Shown one piece after another: positions 25,017 to 36,300 of a DNA stretch of 64,000 bases. Under the pieces are notes generated by a model. It saw only the letters and a program-made list of their open reading frames with translations. It did no database searches and had not been told where the DNA came from. This stretch comes from Zygnema circumcarinatum SAG 698-1b (Eukaryota; Plantae; Zygnematophyceae), in the NCBI GenBank assembly GCA_037447605.1, contig CM074805.1, positions 1,831,361 through 1,895,360 on the forward strand, given 5' to 3'. The translations under genes and the position numbers were made by a program. The first letter of the stretch is position 1. The number at the start of each line of letters is the position of its first letter.

Positions 25017-28000
25017 ATGGCGGAAGCCATGGCGGGCTCGCAAGGCGAGCCGACTGAGCTGTAGGAAGGTTTGGCTGTCTCCTGCTGCTGTATTGGTGCA
25101 GAAAGCGCGGGGCGAGACCCTTCAGGGGGCGGCACTTGGGGTTGAGTGACAGGCGAGGAAGGTTGACAAGGGAAATGAGAGCTGGAGACGCGCAGATGCA
25201 GCCGTTGGACGAGTTTCTTCTCAAGGAGTTGGAGCCAATGTAAGTCTCGCTGGAGCCGCATGAAACACACTTTTGTTGTTGGAGCGAGCCTTGTTCGGTT
25301 CAATTCTGGTACCATAGCCCTCATACTTTTTCGTTTTAGGGTAGAACAGCAAAGAATCAGTGCATGAAAACTGTATTTCCAACTTCCCTTCTGGCCATGT
25401 TCTTGGTCCTGTGGTTAGAAGTAAAGTTATCCATTATTTCGCACATAATGAGTGCCTTGCTGAAGTGGGTATTTTCCCAAGCGACCTGGCAAAAGCCGTG
25501 CGAGATTTTCTTACTTGCGACATCTTGAGCTTATACTCCCGGCACATGATGCCTGAAGGGTTTTATGGATGCCTTTATTTTGTCAAGGGGTTTGAAGCTT
25601 CCTCATGGCATTGGAGGTGCAGATCCGAAGCTGATCCCAAACTGCTTTCAAGTTATGTTGCTGCTCTTTTGAGGAACGACAAGCCGCAGAAGGAGCTGAA
25701 GCAACTATGCCTGGACCAGCTGGTGGACTTCCTTGGAGGAGGTCAGTAGGCACATCTTCTTCCAAGAGTTTTTCTACCAGAGGAACTTAAGCCTTGTTCT
25801 TTAGGAGTTTTAAAACTTTGTCTTGTATGCTAGCCACGCTAAAGAACGGCAATGCAAAGAACCGCAACCTGCTGTTTGTAAGATGACGAAAGGGATGTTG
25901 TTCAGTTCTATTAGCCCTCTTATAACACTCCTGTCGCTGGAATCTATGCGATCAAATAACCACTCGGTGGAGGACCTCGTGGATAAGTTGCCGACATATG
26001 CGTTTGAATGTAGCACAATGGAACTCTAGACGCTTGGAGGTTTGTTTAATTGTAGGCGGACACATGCCGTTGGCATCATACGTTTCAAGGGAATAGTGGA
26101 ATGGACGGAAGGTGTTGGGCAAAGTGCTGAGAACAATGAAAGGTTATCATGGGAAGAATAGGCTATGAGTAGGCTATAAATTCAAATGGCATGTCAGAAC
26201 TTGGCGCGCCTTGATTGCATTTGGAGGAATCCTGGGTTTATTTTGTCAAGTCAGGGTATTCCTTGGCACCTTATTAACGTTTCTTCTGTTGGCCCCTTAT
26301 GCAGCTACTGGAAATTTCGTGAACAAACTTTTTGTGGCGCTTGAAAACGGTTCTGTCAGAGTTTCAGAAGCAGAACCTGGAGAACGTGTGCTGACAACTG
26401 CAGATGGTGAAGCTCACGAAGTTCGGAGCATTGAAAATGGAGCTGCAGCACAGGAAGAGGAGGCAGCCTTGGAGGCAGCAGCAGCTTCAGCTGGTCTACG
26501 CAGCACACCCTCTCAAACAGGACAAGTCTCTGATAGGAGCAGAGAGATAGACAGACCGCAAGTTGATGGAACAGCAAAAAGGGAGAACGGGACTGGAAGG
26601 ATAGATGAGGAGGAAGGAGGAGAGCAGGAAAGCAGTGATGAGGATGACGATCGCAACCACAAGCATCGCAGGCGAGGCCTATCTTCTCGATTGACAGACA
26701 GGAAAACGGACGATAGGTTGAAAGGTGATGGAGCCGGCAGAGGAGCTGAGGCTAGGGAGGAACACGGTTACCTTCAAACTGACGATGATAAGGGAACTGG
26801 AAAAGGCCTCATTCGTCCTGGAGGAGATATGCGGCGTACGATTGCTCGACTGCCTCGTGAATTTCCTGGCAGGCCCGAGAGGCGGGACCATTTTGTTGCT
26901 CGTTTTGGGCCGGCTGTGGCAGGCCGATTCCCACTAGATGGGGCCCAACGAGGAAGTCTCCCTGGAGGTCGCCAGCCTCCATTTCGGGAAGGATTTGAGG
27001 GCCCAAATGGAAATTTGATTCCAAGGGGCATGAGTCATGGACGAGGTGTAGTCGATGGTTGGGGTCATAATGCGTTATCTGACCGACATTTTGGCACTCC
27101 TCCTTTTGGAGATGGGCAGCCGCCGCTTGTAGGACTCCCTGCAGGAGGTCCCGGCTTTTTCCCTTCCCGAGGAATTGCACGCGCTGGGGTTGGTGCTGGC
27201 CCTCAAACAAACAGTCCTTGGGGAGGGTTTGGGCCTATGTCGGTTAGACCTAATCCCATGGAACGAGGGCCACCCGTTGGCCCAGGAGTGCCGGTAGTAG
27301 TTGGTGGCATGGTTCAAGGGGCACCCCCACCAATGGGAATAGGTCTGAGGGTGCTCCGGATGCGATGCCCCGATTTTGAAGAGAGGGGATTCTGCTTGCG
27401 AGGGGACCTCTGCCCAATGGATCATGGAGCCGATCGTATCGTGCTAGAGGACATAAAGGTTTGTCACGGACACCTCCATTTGCATTACAAGATGATCATC
27501 AAGACTGCTGTATGCTTATTAATAGTATCTGAAGTTTATGTCTGGTGTAGTGCGATTAACGCACTGTAGGTCAGACTCCTTCATAGTGAACGATGTTGCC
27601 TCTATGGTATTTGGAGCCTGTGGCTTTGGTGATGAAAGACTGTGTATTCTTCTCAGGACACGACTGCCCCGGTGAATCGTCAGGTTTACCCTCTACTCAT
27701 AAATAGGACCTTGACTATCACATTGGAATGTTCGTGAGCTATGCCAGCTTAGTATAGTCAATTCACGGCCGTTTTGCAGCCTGTAATCACCCGTGACTTG
27801 GCTAAAATGCTGCATCTTCTGGCAATCTTTAGGAGTTTAGCTGTTTTTAATTTCTGTGGATGTATGGAACCTTTTTTTGGTGTATTACCATGAACTAACT
27901 ATGACTAGAAATTGGACCACTTTGCATGCTTCCCTCGATAGTTTTCACCCTCTTTTGTAGTCTTTTCTCTTCTGAACAGATAGTAGGGGTGTTGATTCCT

Positions 28001-31000
28001 ATTCTAAGCTGGATGTCACTGATAAGGAGGAACTTTTGGATGCAGCATTTGCAACAGTTGAATCTTCCACTTCCGTCTAACCGGTCAATAGGGCCTGCTA
28101 CGATTCCTGCAAATACTCCATCGTTGCCTGGACATGGAAGGCGTAACCGCATTGAAAGAGAAAGAGACAGAAACCTTGATGCTGAACGTCTTTCTCCAGA
28201 ACCGTCCTTGGTTTCTTCTCCTCGGGGCACTCGCGGGCTTCCCGATGATGCAGCAGAAGCTAATGGGGAAGAAAGTGTTCGGGGAGAACACTATGATCCG
28301 GATCAGCTTCTTTGGTCTAGAGATCGCTTGCGACCAAAACCAGCACCGGGTTCAGGAAGACTTGCCTCTTTGATGCGACCTCGGCAAGAAGACCGGTTCA
28401 AAAATGGGGAAGAGGGAGAAGATCAACGAAAACAGCGGATAGGATTGACTTTAGAGGGTGGAGGAAGGCCAGCTTCTGAAGATGCCCAGGCAGCTTCTTT
28501 AGGGCAAAACCCAGGAATTGGAAGTGTATGGGATAGAATTGGACCCCCAGCTGAAAAAGCTGGAGGTTCTCTCACACCAGTATCAACGGTTGACTTGGGG
28601 CCGCGGGGGATAAAGCGTGGGAGAAGCGAACTTATCGATGGAATAAAGTGGGAGGTTGAACCTGAAAGGGTTGTGGCTGCAGGATTGGCAGGAAACGAAG
28701 GGATAGCTTCTAAGCAGGTAGCACCTGGACAGGGTAGGGGACGGGGCGGAAGTGAAGCACAAGGAGGAAGAGGAGGGGGGCGGTGGGGAAATGGAGTTGA
28801 GAAAGAGCGTGCTCAACGGACCCTGTTTGTCAGAAACTTACCAACAGATTTGCAAAACGCAGACGAATTATTGACTCGGCATTTTTGCAAATTTGGCCAA
28901 GTAGTTAGTGTGAAGATCACCCAATCCCGTGATAGAGCCTTTGTGCAGTTTGCAAACAAGCCAGATGCTGAATCAGCTTTAGCTGCACCCGAGGCAGTCA
29001 TGGGTAATCGCTTTATCACCCTCCATTGGGCATTTCATGATAACTATCCTGAGCATAGTGCCGGTTCTTGGGGGGCCCCAAATCAATTAGCTCCTATAGC
29101 CATTCCTAATTTCAAAGGAGGAAATTCACAAGCGAACTTTAGTCCGTCAATTGGGGCTCAACTTAATCGGAGTCCGAGTGCTGCTGCTGGCAGCACTGGA
29201 GAAACTACTGTAGCAACCTCTGCCAGCACAACAGCTCAAGTCGCAGCTGTTGCACAGGCAAAGCAGAGAGAAAAACTGGAACTTCTGAAAGAGATTCAGC
29301 GCAAGAAAGAAGCATTGTTGAGGGCGCAAATTGAGCAGCGAAAGAAGATGCTGGAAAGATTGGCCAAATCCAAACAGCAGGTAACACTTAAAGTGATTGT
29401 GGAAATGAAGCTATGGTCGTTTGTGGGATAATCTTTTCAGAAGCAGTGGGGGATTTATTTGAGTAACTCTCCAGACCATTCCCGATCCAGATTTCATTTG
29501 TTGTGGCAAACCATTCAGTGTCACAAGCAATAATATTTCACTAAAAAGTCAATCCATTCCCGATCTATCATTAGAAATTACAGGTCATACTTTTTTTGTT
29601 GATTCTTGTGGGTGCTGTAAAGTAAGTGCCATAGCTACTTGGATCAACCATATTTTCCCAGGTTAGGTTCTCTAATGATGTTAGCCAATATTCGTTATCA
29701 GAGCTAATTTCAGGGGAAGGGAACAATGCTGGTGCAACAGGGAAGTTCTGAGCAGAATTCTTTACCCGCAGCCACGGATGCTGCTGCATGTGGAAATTCT
29801 TCATCCCCTGCTGATGGTGAAACACCACTTAAGGGAGGCCGTACTAGTGATAGCGGGGCCACTACCCCACATTCTTGGAACTCCTCAAAACCCACCACTC
29901 AGTCCTCTCGTACGTTAGGTCAAGGAGAAGTAGCAGAAGAGGCCTCTGGTAGTGTGCCCCATTCTGGCTCAAATGCAGAGGCTAGCTCGTCTCTCTCTCC
30001 TTATCCTTCCCGGCCCCTTTCAGGAGGGTGGCAGACAGCAAGGGCAGGTGCAGGGGGGGCCATTAGAACTCCGGCTACAACTGGCCACCTGCGCAGTGCA
30101 CCATATCACAGTCCATGGGGACCCGCACGCTACAAGCTTGACAATCGTTCCACTGTTTTGAGAGTTCTTCCACCATTGCCTGCCATAGCTACTGAGGTAA
30201 GTAACTTCGGGCCCTTTTGTCTGTCAGATGCCTGAGATCACTGACAGGTTCTCTCCCGCGAAAGTGTTACCTGCTTGAGATGGCTTGCTTGTTGCATGTG
30301 CGCTGAGTAGTTCACGTTCGTGAACTCCGCATACTGGGATTCTTTGTCCTTTTAGGGCAGGCAACAGTTGCTGTCAAGAGGCACCCTGTTGTTGTGGGCT
30401 CTGCAAATTGCAGTGCATGCGGGTGCTTTTCTTTGTGGCATGTTTGGCGCCCAGTACACAGATATACGTGCAGCATTGTGGACTGCAAAGATTGAATGGC
30501 ATTAATGCATTTCAACTGAAGTTCGATACAGATTCAGCTATTGCCTCTGAGCTTTCCGATCTGCTGGTCTTTGCTGCTGTTTTGATAGGGGGTGTTTTTC
30601 CATGATATTACTTCCGCCGGATAGCAAGCAGGCATCTCGCCAGAGACTGATTATTCCTCTAAATTACTGCTTCCCTCAGCTTATGGAACTTGCTGTCCGT
30701 TTTGTGTGTTCAGCCAGGAGCTCTCTGGGCGCACTTCAGTACTTTTGCAGAAGTGGCAAGCGTGGAGGCAGAGGCTGCTGAACCTGCGGATCAGTCCGCA
30801 TCCACAAGCACAGGAACAGGGGGAGCTGTGAAGGTTACGTTTACGAGCAGAGGAGAAGCGGAGCGTGCAATGGCCCAGGGCAAGATGATGCAGGGAGCAC
30901 AGCTGCAGCTAGCATGGGGCCCGCCCGCAAAGAGCAAATCTTTGGTAGCGGCTGCTTCAACGGCTGGTGGGGCTGACGAAAACACCATTCCAAACCCTGC

Positions 31001-31217
31001 TCTTTCCAAACAAGGGGCGTCGGTCAAGGCCCCTCCCGCGGAGCTTATTCACACGAATGGACAGCGGACGGCTAATTCAGCGATATTGAACATTACGCTG
31101 GGGAATTCCAAGAGGGTATCTGAGGTTGGTTTAGAAACCGGTGCAGTTAAAGGCATTCCAGAAGGTATAGATAGAAAACCCATCAAACCCGTTGTAGGGC
31201 TCCAACTGGATGGGTAA
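25017..31217 (+). CDS. RBM26/RBM27-like zinc-finger CCCH RNA-binding protein (PWI + CCCH + 2 RRM); start at 25017 or 25175
   Basis: PWI LKELEPISEADPKLLSSYVAALLRNDKP..LVDFL..FVNKLF; CCCH RCPDFEERGFCLRGDLCPMDHG; RRM1 RTLFVRNLP..HFCKFGQV..AFVQF..AVMGNRFITLHWA; YKLDNRSTVLRV leading into RRM2. Confidence 0.92.
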
Positions 31218-31751
31218 TCGCAGTCAGCTGTCTCTTTGGTCAGCTTGCAATTCGGAGCAAGCAGGATCAACCTTTTTTTGATTATAGAAAGCTTGCCTTT
31301 TTGTACGAGGTTTGGGGCATTCGATCTCCAGTTTAGAGCAGCGCTGAAGGCCCGCCCGTCTACCGTCTGTGGTGTAGGAGCTATGCTTGCAGCACTGGCC
31401 GGGCCATGTCTTCCTGCCAGCTTGTTATTTTTTTGTGCTGCCAATGCAGATAATACGGCACCTAATTTCAAAGTGAAAGGACGGCAGGCAGCTGGTGAGG
31501 CCCCTTTCACAACTGAGACCATTGTGGACTGTACTTTGCCAGTGCCATGTGGTTACATGGACCATGCGCTGTTGTTTACCTCTGTTACTTCCAGTAAGAC
31601 TTTCAAGAGATCGCAGAGCTCTAAGCATGGCTCCAAAAACAGCACAGACGTTTTTCAAGGTGTTGTGGTTGCTTGTGCCGCTCATATCTGTCACCAAAAT
31701 TCCACCAGTTGTAGCACGGGGAGGAGCTGCTAGCAGCTAGCCCCAAAATGT

Positions 31752-32778
31752 TCAGCTGTTATCTTTATGTTCAAACTCGTCATCACCGAAGGCTGTCCCC
31801 GCTTACCACGGAAATAAAGAGAGAATCATAACATTAGGAAAAAGCAAAAGCTCACTTAAAAAACAAAAATTCAGGAGGGAGAAAGAGCATGCGAGAGAGG
31901 CATAGAGACCAAGAAAATGCTGCAGAAACATCAATTTTAACGTACCATCTCCAGAAGGAGTTGACCCTCTCTCTGCACCGCCTGCAGCCCTGCCTTCGCC
32001 AGCCCTCCTCCCTAGCAGGAGGCAGCCATGGCCTGAAGCCCTGCAGCATTGCGGAACCCTGATTTCGCGCCTTCCCTAAAACAGATGCAGAACGAGAGTA
32101 TGTTAAAACGCTTCCTTAAAAGTTTATAATGAAAAGTCTAATGTACTTCATGACTTCCACCAGGTTTTAGGGTTTCATCTTGTAGCAAGTGTATAGATGT
32201 TCAGCAGATATTTAAATGATCCAGGAAAGGCACATTGGCTAGCAGTGAAGAGAGTAATGACACATGTAATGGGGACTAAAGACAAAGGAATCAAATTTCA
32301 AAGATTGGAAAAAACAACTAACATTTATTGGTTACTGTGATTCCGACTGGGGAAGATGTATTGATACAGGCAAAGTACTAATACTATAACTTTATTTATA
32401 ACAAAACTAAACAGACACCGGCGATGTAATTATTAATCGAAAACTATTAACAGATTAAAATGGGAGGGAAAATGGCATTGAACTCACGATGGCGAGGCAG
32501 TGGAGGCTCGCATTGGTGCATAGGACCTCTGTGGGGATGTCAAATTTCCACGCATGGGTGGCAGCCTGCGCATTCCTCACCTTCCTCCACACGAGGGGGG
32601 GGAGTGCCCTTGGAAGGCGAGGCCGATGTTGAGGTAAGCAGCCGCAAGAAGGCGGGCAGTGCCCTTGACCCTGCGCCCGACCACTGGGGCCTCCCTCAGG
32701 TCTGTCCCTTAGACCAAAGGCCAACTCTCCCTCAGGTCTGTCCCTTAGGCCCAGGGCCAACTCTTCGCCTCTCTCCCA
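31752..32778 (-). other. Candidate unannotated spliced transcript / orphan gene (at least 3 exons)
   Basis: GC-rich blocks bounded by AAG|GTGAGG (32580), TTTTAG| (exon 32075-31946), ATG|GTACGT (31945) and ACAG| (exon from 31792), separated by AT-rich spacers. One frame stays open across all three. No start codon or homology identified. Confidence 0.35.
32691..32762. repeat. 36-bp tandem duplication
   Basis: CTCCCTCAGGTCTGTCCCTTAG(A/G)CC(AAA/CAG)GGCCAACT x2. Confidence 0.9.
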
Positions 32779-32898
32779 CTGTCATAATTCTCTCTCCCTC
32801 GTCTACGGATGGCGAGAGTCTGGGTTTGGCTAGGGGCTGCTGCTCTTGATCTGAGGTGCTCAGTGCCTCTAAATAATTCTAAATGTGAGAGAATTACA

Positions 32899-32955
32899 TC
32901 TGCAAAGCTGAACCATGTCTGCAAAGCTGAACCATGTCTGCAAAGCTGAACCATG
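32899..32955. repeat. 19-bp tandem repeat x3
   Basis: TCTGCAAAGCTGAACCATG, three perfect copies. Confidence 0.92.
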
Positions 32956-33355
32956 TTAGCAAAGTAGAAGAAAGTTGGACCAAATAAACCCGCGACTGCT
33001 TTCAGAGCCGTATGGTTAGGCCTAGAAGCAGGGCTCCGCTCAGCCTCCCTTTCATTTTTAGGTCATTTGTGACCGGTTCACATTGGTTCCATATCTTTTC
33101 TTTGTCCACCGTGAGACCAATGCCAATTCATTTTCACCTCAAAGAGCAGCACGCCATGACTCGGAGTTCTGTTCAACAAGAAGCAAACTTCATAAAGGCC
33201 CTCTTGGGCACCATGAAGAAGCGAGATAGAACAACGAAATAACACAAGCACGACCAGGCGGCGTGCCTCATAACTATAACAAGAAGGCCTACACCCCAAA
33301 CCCCAAAATCAACCTCCTACTCCTGCGAGCTGCCAAGGGCATCCCTTTTAAAGAC

Positions 33356-36300
33356 TTAGGAAGCACTCTTGAGCTCTTGCAAGGCCTTGGCGTGCCCTAG
33401 GATGGCTTCTGCCCCGGATACCCCCAAGCTCCCTTCTTTTGCGTTCACACTATCCGAACTCCCTTCCCCGGAATCAGATCCGTTTGTTCTGTTCTCATCG
33501 ATGGATTCAGCGGAAACATCGACCAATCGCTCCAGCTCCTGCAACTGATCAAAGGGAGCAATCTGCAACAAATAGGACACCAACTGTTCAGTTCAACGGC
33601 AAAGACGAAAGCTTAATACTGGAGCAATTAGCTCTGATGATACGACTTCATATGAAGTGGAGACAACCAACAGGTTGACCAGCAGGTTGACCACTATCAG
33701 TAAGATAATGACTCTCCATAAATGAACAGCCTCCGTAGGGCAATTCATAACATCACACTCTCCTCAAGTTTATGCCCTCCAGCCAGTGGAAAGGGGTGAT
33801 TTTTAAAGCGTCTGAGTACAGAAAAAGCATGAGCAAGAATGAAAGGCACCTGATTGAAGCCATCAGGCCACGTAATTTCAACAGCATAGTTCCCCAAAGG
33901 CCTAATACTTTCCGGCTCAATGTCATTCAGGACATCCGAATAACGCAGCTTCTGCTCCCCTGTCCATTCATCCTGTCATCCTTCCTCCCAGGAACTTGTC
34001 AGTGCTCTGTTCTCAAACTCAAAAAACCTTCAGCAATCAGCGACTTCTGTCATTGCAGCAATCATACTCTAAGCGACTCAGACCTTCAATAAGAATAAAG
34101 GCAGGCGACGTGCAAAAAAAGGGAAAACAGAAAAATCAGATAGTGTTGAACAATGTGGTGCAAAATTATATGAAAAATTCCAATCTTGATTCGATAAGAA
34201 GGTGGCTTTACAATGCTTTGAGCCGATCGGTCGTTCCGTCGTACGGTTGCTGGATGCAGGAAGAACTCCTCTCCACTACCAGGCACGCATACTCTGATAG
34301 CCTTAATGTTCTTCTCATATGTCACTGCTGTTGCCACTGCACACATAACCATTCCATAACCATTGATTTAATATAGATTTCCCCCGAAGCACTCACATGA
34401 GGTCCATAAACCACTTCATAAGTCACTGTATGCATCAACACACACCACCACACTATAGCCAGAACAGTGCTGCGATTGGGTATACAAGCTCTTTCCCTGA
34501 ACCCATGCAAAATCGACCTCCCCCTACAGCCTATCTTTCCCAATATTCCACGGTAAGCAGGCTCGACGAGACCCAAAGCACTCAAGTTCTGTGCATAGAG
34601 AATGCCAACTCAACTTGACAACAGAAAATCCGATCTTATGAAGCAGGTTCAGTCCACACCTTGCTGCCGCAACTTGGCGCATTGCTGCACCACACACGCC
34701 GCAATGTCCGAGAAGGTTCTCGCCACCACTCCTTGAGGATGTGCTACCACTTCCGGCTCTCCCACATCTCCCGCTGCCGACAACTGCAATACGGCAAGCG
34801 AGCAGATGCAAGGCAAGTGTAAGCACACAGGGTAAGATTGAAGTTATATGAAACCTTAGGGAATCAAGGATTGCTTTGTTCTCTCCCTCTCGTTTCCTTT
34901 CGAATCTGTTTACAAGTCAGATCAACGAGAGAAGATCATTTTAAGCTCTGCTTTTTCATAGTAGTGTTGTTCAACACCCCCGTCGTCTTCCTTTTTGGGT
35001 TCACATGAGTGAGAGGGGCATAACCTCAGGTCGAATTGGCATTTCAAACAAGTGCGGGATGCCAAACTGCTGGACAACTTCTGCCCCAGAGCCTTTTCCG
35101 AATGGGAAGTAACGTTTCCCATCATCTCCGTCAAAATAGCACATGTTCTCCACAACTGCAACACACGGAACCTGTACAGAGCCCCCAATCGGTCAGATCT
35201 CCACTTCTCCAGGAAAGTTCGAGATTGCTCGTGGCACATGATTCATGGTTCAGAATGCTGTCAGGAAAGTTGAACCTGCAGTCGGTTGACTGGACAGAGA
35301 TGCATAAAATTTGCGCAACATGGCAACAAAGTCAAACAGATGAATGCTATGGCGAGCTGAAATATCTCTGAGCAGTCACCACGAAGCTCATTTTGTTGAG
35401 AGAGCAAGAACTTTGACAATCTCATGGAAAAATGACGAGCCTCTTACCTTGAGTTTCGAGAACATTCTGACCCCCTTGGCCACATCTATGAAAGCCAACT
35501 TCTGCGGAGTTGTAACGATCACAGCTGCTGTGAGAGGCACAAGCTGTCCGCCCCAACATGCGATGCAAGCACGTCATTGGACCCACAGAACCATTGGTTT
35601 TTTGGATCAAGTTTGATGACATTGCGGTCCACAACGTAGCACATGCTTCAGAGTTAAGTTTCGCTGGAATCAGAGTTAACGACCTACTTCCAGTTGACTC
35701 GTATGAGCAGGAATGTGAGTGAACTGAAGTGCTGCTAGTGAATGGAAGCTGCTGGAGATACAATTAGGACCACAATTTTATGTTCCACACCAATCTCTTC
35801 TGTATGGCAGGCACTCCATATGTGTAGCTGGATCAAAGTTATTCAATTTGCATTCATGAATATCTTCTCTGGCTAGAAGCTGGAAAAGTGGCCTTACCTG
35901 ACATAGAGTGAGCTGAATGTCACCGGTCCCTGGAGGAAAATCTATGATAAGGTAATCCAGCTCCCCCCTGCGAGAAAACCCCTTTAGCCTCTTCAGCCAA
36001 CTTCCCTCTGTGCGAGTTTGAAACCCTCCCTTATAGATTCTCTAGGCTCAAACTTTTGAAATCTTTCCATGCAAGGGCACGATTTCCTTTTTCTTTTTTC
36101 CTCTGCTGAATTCCACCATTGCCGTAAAACCGAACAAGTTGAGAAATTGAGAAACGAGTTTACTTAATTTCTCACATCTCAATCTTATTGAACAGGGTTG
36201 AACTTTGAACACTCGAGGTCGAAACTTTTTCGATTTAAGAAAGCGAAAAGTTCAGAGAAAAAAAAGTTCAAAGACTCAATATGTTTGGTCTCATTGTTGA

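Noticed and set aside
31049-31733. 157-aa and 165-aa ORFs after the RBM27-like stop
   Set aside because: No recognisable motifs; consistent with 3' UTR or shadow ORFs.
31752-31790. C/D-box snoRNA (GTGATGA...CTGA on the minus strand)
   Set aside because: Boxes are too close, with no second box pair, terminal stem or recognisable rRNA complement.
32691-32955. CRISPR-like repeats
   Set aside because: Units are directly tandem with no spacers, in eukaryotic context with no cas genes.
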